Below are positions 27,032 to 37,640 of a stretch of DNA of 64,000 nucleotides, piece by piece. The stretch spans positions 1 through 64,000 of the forward strand of contig RBZT01000338.1 in assembly GCA_003693705.1 (NCBI GenBank), in the 5' to 3' direction. The stretch is from Polymyxa betae A26-41 (Eukaryota > Protista > Endomyxa: Phytomyxea). The notes beneath the pieces are model-generated. The model saw only the letters and a program-made list of their open reading frames with translations. It was not told the origin of the DNA and did not search any database. Position numbers and translations under genes: made by a program. Numbering within the stretch: the stretch's first letter is position 1; every line of letters begins with the position of its first letter.

Positions 27032-28041
27032 TCACTGAATTAAGCACATGGCGGATTTGGGACGGATCCATGTTGATAACCGTTCCATCATCCCTATTGA
27101 AGGCAATCCCGATTTGATATCGTCTTCACAACCATGGGAGGGACGCTCCAGAATCGTCATATCCACTTTCGTACCTACATAACAAGCAATCACCGTGATA
27201 TTTCAAGAAGAGATTTACAAAGAAAAGAAGTGACTGTTAGATCAGAAACATTTGCAAAAGATTGGGAAATACCTTCACTTTGTTGTGCAGAATCTATAGA
27301 AGGCACCTCACATTCTATAGATAAACTGGATGATAACATAGGCGTTACTATTCGCCTTCTCTTAGATATTCGGTGCGTCTCGCTATCACTGGACAGCAGC
27401 ATATCAGCTTCAGCAGCTGGCGATGAGGCAGTCTCTTGATCGTCAGAATGATCGCCACCCTCATCGCAGTCTGAATGAGCCGGTATCGCTGTTCGATTAC
27501 GTCGATAGTAGACCATGACGGAGCGATTCGTATACAGACGCCGATCGCCAAATCGCTGCCTCATGAGGTTGGCGATCGCCACCCAATCATTGCCATAAAT
27601 TGATACTAACGAGATCAGGTGCAACTTCTCGTCGTTCGACCAGACATGGCAGCGGCGGCTCGGTCGAAGCGCGGCCCCTTCGGACACCGAAATCGTTTCG
27701 GGCCGCGCCAGGCCAGTAGCGGGCGTACTGGTCGTCAGCTGCTGCTGCTGCCTCGACCGCTCTTCGATTAGATCCGACAGCGAACGCGGTCCAGTGCGGC
27801 TTTGCATCGGGGGGCTGGTGGTGGTCGTGGTGGCGCCATCGGATTCGCCCGTGGACGTACTGCCCCCCCGGGGTGACTGCACGGGTTGCTGATCGTCCCG
27901 GAAGCGTTGGACGATGTCGTAGGCCAGACGCAGGGAGGCGTCGCGCAGCGCGACGTCGTACTGGCCCGCGCCAGGTTCTGGTGAGAGGCCGAACGTCATG
28001 GAGATGTTAGTTGCAACGAAGGTGGTGGTGGACCCGTTCAT
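27032..28041 (-). CDS. Myb/SANT-domain protein with NLS and predicted C-terminal CaaX (exons 28041-27273, 27174-27032)
   Basis: Myb repeat HVWSNDEKLHLISLVSIYGNDWVAIANLM and basic SKRRR motif. A 98-nt intron GTATTT..TGTAG gives a 303-aa protein ending AMCLIQ*. Confidence 0.75.
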
Positions 28042-28456
28042 GGGCGGGTATGACCGGCAGTCCTGAGAAGGGATCTCCGGGTCAGTCACGGCATCCGGAC
28101 GGACGGGTCCGTAGTGATGATGGGAAATAGGGTTTTGAACATGAAAGGAAACGGGAAAAATGCGCGATCAAATCGTCGAACAAAACCTCCGGAATATCAG
28201 TCAAATACGACCTGATATTCCGGAAGAACATCACAGCAGAATATTGACGAAACCGTAACAACATTGAAGAGATCGATGAGGTGATTTTGTAAATCAGAGC
28301 TAAACCTCCAACTGATTTGCAAACGAATAATGTCACATGACAATGCTTTTCTTTTCATATAGCATTATGTTTTTGAGACAAAGTAGTCAAACAGCGACCA
28401 CGGCTTTGATAGAATACGACGAATGTGAAAAACAGCAATAGTGGGAATTTACAGCA

Positions 28457-29176
28457 TTATTGGAAAACTTTGTAAATTTCAATATACAATTCAAAAATAT
28501 TCGGATAACAGCCGTATAAATTCAGGTCCAGAGAAAGAAAAGAAACAGAAACCAGGAAATAGAGAGATGTTACCTCTATATCAGCTGGTATACTGATATC
28601 ATACTGGATGGGAATACTGGACCAGCCATATTCGTCACTGTTGCATTGAAACTGATCGATAGCGATATCGGCTAGCGACTCTAACGGGTTCGGCACCAAA
28701 GATTGCAGCGTTTGACCCTCAGCGGAATCGACCTTCCCCTTCACGGAACGACGCTTGGCGCTGCTTAGCAACGAGCTTAAAGCGGTCGTTTTATGAAGCA
28801 CACCAAGCTCTGAAAGCTGGCGAAATTCCGAACTCAGAAGCAGCTGTCGATCTGGCCGAACCGAGCCGGACTTGCGCTCCATACCAAGCTGGATCTGGTT
28901 CCAGTGGTTGTGGGGGCCGTACCCGCCCACGGGTTCATTGAGGTCAGCGATCTCGGCTGGCGCGGAAGTCGGATGTCCCATGACAGCCGCCATACAGAGA
29001 GTTGTATGGTCTAGATTAGGGTTTGATAAGGTTAAGAGTGGGCGCTGCCCCCGGCTGGTATGGCATGTTACTGGTACAGTGGGGCGCGGCCTCCTGGAGT
29101 GACCCTCCAGAGTCCGCGTAGAGTGGATCCGCTGCCCACTCATTGACCCAAAAGTGACAGCGGGGGTTGCGCGCAA
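28457..29176 (-). CDS. Hypothetical protein (possibly spliced or degenerate)
   Basis: 239-codon ORF with no recognisable domain. Its 3' part runs into pyrimidine-rich intron-like sequence. Confidence 0.3.
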   Translation of the reverse strand: MRATPAVTFGSMSGQRIHSTRTLEGHSRRPRPTVPVTCHTSRGQRPLLTLSNPNLDHTTLCMAAVMGHPTSAPAEIADLNEPVGGYGPHNHWNQIQLGMERKSGSVRPDRQLLLSSEFRQLSELGVLHKTTALSSLLSSAKRRSVKGKVDSAEGQTLQSLVPNPLESLADIAIDQFQCNSDEYGWSSIPIQYDISIPADIEVTSLYFLVSVSFLSLDLNLYGCYPNIFELYIEIYKVFQ

Positions 29177-29474
29177 ACCCTATTCGCAGTGCTCGAATCG
29201 CATCCACTCATTCTAGTGAACAGGTTGCACTCATTGAAACATCGATTTATAGCGAGACATTCACATACGACGTAATTGATGGGATACTCTCTGAAGTCGC
29301 TTGGTCACGACATTTGTGGACGGCCAAATCCTGCTGCATTAAGCACGAATCATATTGTGATCAAAACAACATTATATTTGTCTCAAAGCTCACAAACGTC
29401 ATTTGCTAGTACTATCAATTGGTGAAGAGATATATCTTTGCAGTTTTAAATGGATATTGTCGTGTAGATCTTCG

Positions 29475-29590
29475 ATCGGGCTCGGGTACGACCCGAAAAA
29501 CCCGGGTCGGGTTAATATTGGGTCGGTTCGGGTAGAGGGCAGGTACCCGATCCGACTACCCGACAGTACCCGGCCCATATGAGAGCTGAA
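29475..29590. mobile_element. hAT-like terminal remnant with ACCCG/TCGGG subterminal repeats
   Basis: Clustered (A)CCCG(A)/TCGGG motifs in both orientations, ending ...ATGAGAGCTG. Confidence 0.45.
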
Positions 29591-30359
29591 TAAACGGCAC
29601 CCGTTGTTCTCCCATTATTCTATCTCGTCAATATAGCATCATTTCAATTGTCATGGACATGACAACCCGAAAGCGAAAAACCCCGATTTTGTTATGTTTG
29701 TCGACTTCATCCATTCCATTGAGGCTTTAATCACAGCGGAAGAGGCCAATCGGCGTGGCCTTTGCGCAACTTAATTTTAAAGCTGTGAAGATTCTTCAGT
29801 TGATGGTTTAGATTATAGAATCTCCTCTGCATCATGATGGGATTATCGCAGTACTGGATCAGACTATCGGTCAAATTTTCGATGGTTTTGCCTGAATGTT
29901 CCAGGGGACCTAGGAGCCGAGTGTGTCCAGCAGAAATCTTGATCACAATCGCTCAGTCTTGATACTGCCAACGCCGTGACATGTTCTCCCGTGAAAGCAG
30001 AAAACAAACAAGTCAGATTTTGATCTCATTCGTCGACTTCGTCTGGCAAATCGAAAGTCTTCAAAACGGATTGGGTCGAATCCGAAAACGATTGCAGGCT
30101 GCATAACGAAGCATTTTAGGCACAGCCGGATCAGTTCCTGTCCACCATATCCGGTCGAATTGGATTCGATTGCACAGCTTGTCCGCGATTTCGGTGGGTT
30201 GGGCGGCCTCAGTGCCCGCCTGGACCAAGGCCCAGATTATCCTTGTTGTCAAGTTCATAGATATTTCAGCTCTTGAAGTGATCTAGATATTCCCCTGGCT
30301 GTTTAAAGGCGCATCTATTTCGACCTGAAAGGAGCTGCTTCAATCAGGGATTCAGTTGA

Positions 30360-31080
30360 GTTGAAATTTATCGAAAATGTTTTATTCGATATCGCATCCT
30401 TGGGGTTGGAGATCGTCATTTATGCCAAGAATCTTATTCATGGAGTCATCAGTTCATGCGGATCGTGGTTCTGTTAAACGGATCATACCGATGGTAGCAC
30501 CATAGACTCGCATCACAATATGTTCCGATATAATCGAGACTTTGATATGCGGAAGTGGATGAGGATTCTCGCAATACTCCGTGGCTTATTGCACGTCATG
30601 GGTATCGAGGATTCAGTACCACGCTCATTTTAGACCGATGATGCAGATCCTGGACCTTCGATCAAGAGCGCAGGTTAAGGAAAACTGCCGATGCATTCGC
30701 TACTACAGAGAGCATTGCTAAGGAAGCTGTCACAGCCTTTCAAGTGGACGCGAAGTCGCCGCCTCTCTTGGGTCTGTCCGTTAGGAGCAAGAACACCAAT
30801 TTGGCGATCTGATACAAGAAAGTGGTAGCCGGCGATTCTGGGGAACGGGTGTTATGATGATGGATAGTCAGGAACCCTTAATACCTTCTATCAAGATAAC
30901 CAGGCTGCAACTGCCGATTATCGTTTAGACATCACAACGACAAAACATATTGACATTAGACACCATTTCGTTCGAGAACGAATCGCAATCGACGACATTA
31001 CGATTATTAGCTGCGCGGCCGAAAACCGGATTGCAGACATGATGACAAAAGCGCTGGGCACGAATATCATCATTCGTTTA
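30360..31080 (+). mobile_element. Ty1/Copia RT-RNase H remnant
   Basis: ~30884-31060 translates FYQDNQAATA...TKHIDIRHHFVRERIAIDDITIISCAAENRIADMMTKALG, the Copia RNase H signature. An LGLEI RT-like fragment lies upstream and frames are broken. Confidence 0.9.
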
Positions 31081-32244
31081 CGCCTCGTGAGTGATGCTTA
31101 TTATGATCCACGTGTACAAAAGGAATAAACCGCTCGCCCGATACTAGTTACGACTCCTCTCGTACGAAGGTCTATACGATGGCCAGAACACGACAGACTG
31201 CTCTAAAGATGAATGGCTTTCGCCCGTTACGCACGAACTTTGGTTGATGGAGTTCACTCAAGCAGCCGGTCCTGTACACCTACGTTTTCACATTTGAAGA
31301 ATTTTCTCACTGGAGAGAGACAGCAAATTCATGGTGATCAGATCCAATTTTAATGTAATAAACATTTAAATGTCACTGATGATATTCTAAACCAGTTCAA
31401 ATATGATACATCTCACAGACAAGTTGAGAAGATTCAACCTCTACTACTCTCCTGAGTCCTACTAATAGGGCCGTACGGGATAGAGACGAACATAAATGGG
31501 TGTAGAAATGAACGGCTTCGAAATTGGAAGTAGAAGCACTGATAGATATTATGGCCAGATGCCTGAGTACTACTAGCCTTGCGTTTCGGATAGAGCGCCG
31601 CCTGTTGACCAAACAACGAACTAGAAGAATTCAATCCATCCATTCACCTCTACTAGTATTGAGTATTTGCATAAATGGAGAGGGTTTTCTGATCTTCGAA
31701 ATTCTTGGTGTCCAGGTGATAACATTACCGTGTGAATTTTGTTGATGTAACTTTCACATCTCTACATTCAGTAGCATAGCAAATTTCTCTTAACGTTCTT
31801 CAAAATCACCCTTTTGCATCCATTCTAAATCACCGCATCTTTTCCAAAAGTGCGTGCACTTTTCTAAAACCCGGTTTCATCTACAGGTTTCAGGGGGCGG
31901 TTTTACTGGTGCTTTAAAATAATAGTTGTTGCTTCATATTCTACTGTTATCACAAATTTCGCACTTTTCCAGTCTAAATTTGTTTTGGAGGTAGTGTGAG
32001 GCGATTTTGCGTGGCCAAACACCTGATTCTGGACGTGCTCTGAATGATTGGTGCAGGATGTTTAGTGACGATTAATCTATAATTGTATTACGACGAGTAT
32101 ATAATACAGGATTCTTAAAATATCCCACACACTGTTGTGTTTATATAAAAGTGCGTGATCGCTCAGTGGTTGCGCCAAAGTTGCGCACAACAAAAACTGC
32201 TACCCGAGAAAGACTCGGCTCAGCACTCTGCGAGTCGAATTACT

Positions 32245-35200
32245 ATGGTCGGCCCAGCGACTGTCTTCCTGATACTGAACCTATCTGAGTGCTTACATTC
32301 ACTTCCGAGCCTAGTATTGCTACAGACGATCTGGATGTGACTTCTGATTGTCTCTCTCCTCTCGACCTTCACGTTACAGACACCAGAGTAAGATTGCTCT
32401 GTCACAATGAAGTCACATCACTTTAACATTCATTATAGGAACAGATTATCTATGATTCATATTCTATCCAAACCTCTGATTTCGATCTGGATGTAGATTT
32501 TGATGTATCAGTAATTATATAACTGTGATGATGGTAGGAAATTGATGTATTATTCAGATATTCAATGAGCATGAAATTTGTGAAATGCTGGACACCCGAC
32601 CTGATATTGGAATGTTATCAACGCCAATATCTTTATTACATCATACAGAGAGTGTTCCGGATTTTCCTCCTATTCAGGAAATTATCAATGTAATGTTTCT
32701 GTATACATGTCTCATGTTTTAGAGATCGCTGAAATAATCATAATCAGAATGGTGGGCATAGTCAGGTTACAGACTATCTTGAAAGTACTCCCGTCTTCCA
32801 TGATACAAAGCCCGGAGTACGATTTCTGTGCCAGAAAGAAATCACCTCTCTTTTAACATGCATTATAGGAACCCATTCACGATAATTCATATTCCATCCA
32901 AGACAAATCGGATGTTCCCTATTTCAACAACCTCTTCGATCCCTCATTTGATTTTAATCTGGATGTAGATTTTAATGTATGAAATGATTATATAACTGCG
33001 ATAATATGAAGTTGATGTATTATTCAGATATTCACTGAGAATGAAATTCATGAAATGTTGGACACCCGACCTGTTATTGGAACTGTATCAACATCAACAT
33101 CTTTATTACATCATACAGATAATGTTCCGGCTCTACATCCTATTCAGGAAACTAGCAATGTAATGTTTCCTGATCAAGTCTCATGTCTTAAACATCTCTG
33201 AGGTTTTCATAATCAGAATGATGAACCAGTTGAAACTATCTCCCGGAAACGTCCTCGTACTGACGAGACATCATTTCCAACCGACCTTCTGTCTACCTTC
33301 AATCATGATGTGACTGATATCAATGATTATAACAGTCTCTACAAGTTTCTGGTGAATTTTCTTGACGTTTTGTTCCTGTGTATATTGACTGTAGATTAGA
33401 TTAAAGAGCCGAATGATGAAGAACTTCATTCCTTGTCTTTAAAGTCCGATGGTTATGCAGGTCAATGCTCTATGAACAGCTGTCTATCAGTTATCAATGT
33501 GAACGGAAATGATCTGGATGTGAGCGAAACCAGACGAATCTGTTTTGCTCGGAGCTCATTGCAAAAACTGATTCTGATTGCGAATCTGTATCGGAAAGTG
33601 ATCTGGGGCTTCCTGGAATATGAATGGACTTGGAGCAATGCTGATGCTAGAATACGAAGTTGGCTGTATACCGTGTGTCGTCCTGTATTACGATGTGTTA
33701 TGCATTGCTGTCAGAAAGATCTCCGCATGTTTCAGACTGTCTGGGGGAATCCCTTCAATCATCGGAATCTCCGAAAAGAATGTTCCGGAGATAAATGCCC
33801 ATCTAAACTGTTAATTGCCGATCAGTCGATGAATCAGGTCCGAGATCGCTCCTTCATCTCTATTGACCCTCTAGCTCTACAGAATGACAGCAATTTTTCC
33901 GTAAAACGGATGAAATTCAGTTCATCACTGACGGATTTCGTTCTGCCAATGTTTGGCATGCTCTCTGAATTTCTGAAATTGTTTGATTTTAGTTTGGAGA
34001 AGATCACAGACTACACTACTCTGTGTGCTTTTCTGGTGAGATTTATTCATATTAAATGAGGAATCTCCCACTGAATCTGTAATACAGAAAAAGCAGCCTG
34101 ATGATGACGAGTACGCGTTTCTTACTGATACAACCAGGTTGTTCCCATCAAATGGCAACAGATATGTTGCAAAAGCCCGCATTATTATCAATCCTCTCAA
34201 TGATCAGCTCATATTGACCGAAACCTCGGAAATTTCAACTTCGAAGACCACGTTAGAGAAGTTGATATTGGTGGCCAGTTTATGTCTGAAATTAGGTCGG
34301 GCCAAGATTACCGATCGGAAATTGAACATGAAACGTGAAGGCTGTGAACATTGGCTGCGGCATACATGTTACCCAGTACTTTCATGTGTTAGAATATGCT
34401 GTCAGAATGATCTTCGGATCTTTCAATCTCGATGGGGAAATCCGTTTCCGCATTGTCGTTTTTGGATTAATTGTTCTAGACACAAAGGCAAGACGAAACA
34501 GTGCGGATTTGAGACTCCCAAATCACAATCAGTCGGTAACACAACGGGCGCTTTGTCTGAATTTCTGAAATCGTTTGATTTTGGTGTGGAGAATGTCACA
34601 GACTACACTACTCGGTGTGCTTTTCTGGTGAGATTTATTCATATTCAATGGGGAATATCACACTGAATCTGTAATACAGAAAAAGCTGCCTGATAATGAC
34701 GAGTACGAGTTTCTTACTGATACAAACATATTGTTCCCATCAAACGGCAGAACTCATGTTGCAAGAGCCCCGATTATTATCAAAGTTCTCGATGATCAGC
34801 TCATATTGACCGAAATCTCGGAAATCCCAAGTTCGAAGACCACGTTACAGAAGTTGATATTGATGGCCAGTTTATGTCTAAAATTAGGTCGGGCCAAGAT
34901 TACCGACCCGACGTTGAACATGAAACGTGAACGCTGTGATAATTGGTTGCGGCATGCATGTTATCCAGTACTATCATGCATTTCAATATGCTGTCAGAAT
35001 GATCTTCGGACTTTCCAATCTCGATGGGGAAATCCGTTTTCGCATTCTTGTTTTCAAAGGCTTTGTTCCAGGCACAATTGCAAGAGGCAACAGTGCGGAT
35101 TTGAGACTTTCATTGTCAGTAACAATGAGAAATATTCCATCAAATCGCAACTAGTTCGTGATAGAGGAGATCTTGGTCATTGTCTATTGAGATATTCTAT

Positions 35201-35529
35201 GAAAGGATTTGAGACGGTATTACTGTGTTCAAGTTTATTTGTATTTTCTGAATATATCACAGAAGCTCATATTGGAGTGTATTCAGCGAATGAATGATGA
35301 ACTGAAGAAGCGAATGTTGAATTCATCAGATGATCTGAGTGAATATCTCCGACATTCTGTAAATCCAATATTATACTGTCTTGAACATCATTGTAATAAT
35401 GATGTGGAGTATTTCTCTCATATATTTGGACATTTTATTGATCATTATCAATTTCAAAAGAATTACTGTCCTGGACCTACTGGACAATGTCCTGCTCTAT
35501 CTGCGGTTAATGCTGATAAGACTATTTAA
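32245..35529 (+). CDS. Multi-exon protein with duplicated N-terminal exon cassettes, NLS-like RKRPR and four Cys/His-rich repeat domains; candidate secreted nuclear effector
   Basis: Hydrophobic start MVGPATVFLILNLS. Repeated exons such as IFNEHEICEMLDTRPDIG and IFTENEIHEMLDTRPVIG. ISRKRPRTDE at ~33240. Four copies of an L.KLIL...(W/Y)L..(c)xPvLxCxx(C/H)C..D...F...wG..f.H..F...C domain. Confidence 0.65.
32420..33220 (+). repeat. Tandem duplication of an exon-intron cassette (~32420-32750 vs ~32850-33220)
   Basis: Shared blocks, for example TTGATGTATTATTCAGATATTCA, GGACACCCGACCTG and CTTTATTACATCATACAGA. Confidence 0.9.
33960..35110 (+). repeat. Tandem duplication with ~590-bp unit (exon+intron)
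   Basis: Near-identical blocks starting TCTGAATTTCTGAAAT at ~33964 and ~34556, including the GTGAGA..AATACAG intron. Confidence 0.92.
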
Positions 35530-36779
35530 TCAGTGAAAGAATGTCAAATTTGGCTCAGCTCTACAAGTGTCTCAAACTCCATATTGTTCTCAGTTTTTTG
35601 ACAGAGAATGATCCATGAAAATCAATGAGCAGACAATATTACAATTCTAAACGAATCCTTTTAAGTCTGCCAACGGCTGCACTCATTAAGTTGCACACAA
35701 TTTCATTGCTGCACACTATTCTGCAGCTAATAGCCATAGTTTGTTGAGGAATCAGGCTGCTTCAAATGAGCCCAATGATGATCAGCAGTGAGTCTCTGGC
35801 GATTAAGGCGTTTGATGATATTATCACTCAATGATGATTCATCAAAAGCTACATAAGATGATGTCAGGAGATCTGCAGAGCAAACAAATCTACGGACAGT
35901 GATTCTGGCTATCGAGCACACCGGAGCGATCAGTTATTCACTCAAGTTAAGAGCCCAGGCCCGCTAACGTGAGCCGTCCCGAAACTGAATACAAACTGGT
36001 CACGATTCTCCTTCGCCTTCCAGGCGTTTCTGCGAGGAGTTCATATGGCGGATCTCTTAGAAGACCTAAAGGTGCCGATGTCTGCTACTAAATGTTTATT
36101 TATGTGGCGGAATGGGGCCAGTTGGACTACCCGTGCGACACCAAGACGCATTGAAGAACGCTCATCAGACCGTGAGCAGCCAGAACGTCAAAAACTCACA
36201 AACTGATGAAATCACTAATCGGAAGGCCACGATTTTGAGTGTTTTATTTTAGAATACGATTGCTGGCAATAGGACGCATGACGCTCCAAGAACGAGACAC
36301 CCTTATTGGGTGGCTGTCGAACCGCCTGAATCTGCAAAAGAGGCTACGCCACCTTGTCGCGTTCGCCTGTCGCCATCACGAACTACATGTTTGAGCTGAC
36401 AGGAAGAGCAGAAGTCACGGACATGGGCTTCATTTACAGAGGCACCGGTACTACCCGACTACCGGCTCTCGGGTAGTGTATCAGTCGACTACCGACACTA
36501 CCGGCCATACAGGGAAACTGCCATCGAACTTTGCCCTCTTTCATATTTCATTAAGGGCTCGCTTGGCACACCCATCACCGGAATTCCGTAGGTGCTACTC
36601 AAGGCACCATTGCGTCGAGGCAATCAGGGAGATCAAGTCTTGCATGACGACCATCATCTTGTGCTGTATGGAAGCTCCAGCTGTAGTCGCCCAACCTGTC
36701 GGAACGTCACCAATTCGGCATTGAATTCTTCGCTTTCTCCCATTGCGTCTCAAACGATGCACAAATAGACAAAGTCGAT

Positions 36780-37640
36780 TAGTACTTTAGTCTTCACTGG
36801 GAATGACCTCAAATTGATCCAACTGGAAGGTTCACTCTCAAAATCTCAGTAAAGTTGCCAAAGAAATTCTTTGCTCTCAGATTCGTCGGTCTCAATTGAA
36901 CGGATTTCGATCTGCGGTCAGAATGTGCCCTACTATTTTGACCCTTTTCAGTCTTATCGATTTGGTAGCCTGTACAGCCTGGTACCGATCGGAGCTCTAT
37001 AATTACTACAGCGCAGTTAGCGATTCAGGACCTGCCCCGCAGATGCTGTTGAATACTGATTTGCAGAGGCAGGATAGAGAATCACAGACAATGTTGATGC
37101 TCTGATTGATTGGTCGAAATCGTTTGTAAAGGATAGAGATCCCATACTGAAGGGCAATGATCTCTGTCCTATAACTCGACGAGTCCCCAACTTTCCAAAG
37201 CGCCGTTCTACGTCTGGGGCGATCACTATAGAAACGCCCTTCTCGAAATTGATCTGCTACACGTCATGCTTGGCGTCTTAACGTTGCCTTTCCGCATCAC
37301 GTTTCTTTGAAATCGCATGTTCGACCTCCTTGTGTAAGGCTTCCATAGATTGTATCAGCGAACTCATAATTGCTGTCATTTTCTCAGGGTCCATTCTCGT
37401 CTCCGAAACCTGACGCTTTTTCTGTTAAAGGTTACGTGCACATGGCTATTTGTCTCAAGCATCCCGGACACAATGGCCTGTGAATGTCCTCCCAGACGTC
37501 GGCCAGTCGTGTGATTCAACAAGTACTGAATTAGGGGGGTGATATCTGGCCAGTCACTTGCCTGTAAACGGAGTTCAGACAGCAGTGTTCGTGCTAAGAA
37601 AAGAACGCCACGATAAGCCCTCTCTACAGTCACGACCCGT
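36780..37640 (-). mobile_element. Ty3/Gypsy integrase (+ possible chromodomain) remnant
   Basis: TVERAYRGVLFLARTLLSELRLQASDWPDITPLIQYLLNHTTGRRLGGHS matches the integrase core C-terminal half (VER..R...L.....W...lP.vq..lN). FESEPSSW downstream is chromodomain-like. Stops and frameshifts are present. Confidence 0.75.

Noticed and set aside
27134-27439. + strand ORF suggesting overlap between the BTB and Myb genes
   Set aside because: It lies antisense to Myb exon 1, intron and exon 2, and no convincing splice path from the BTB gene was found. Treated as a shadow ORF.
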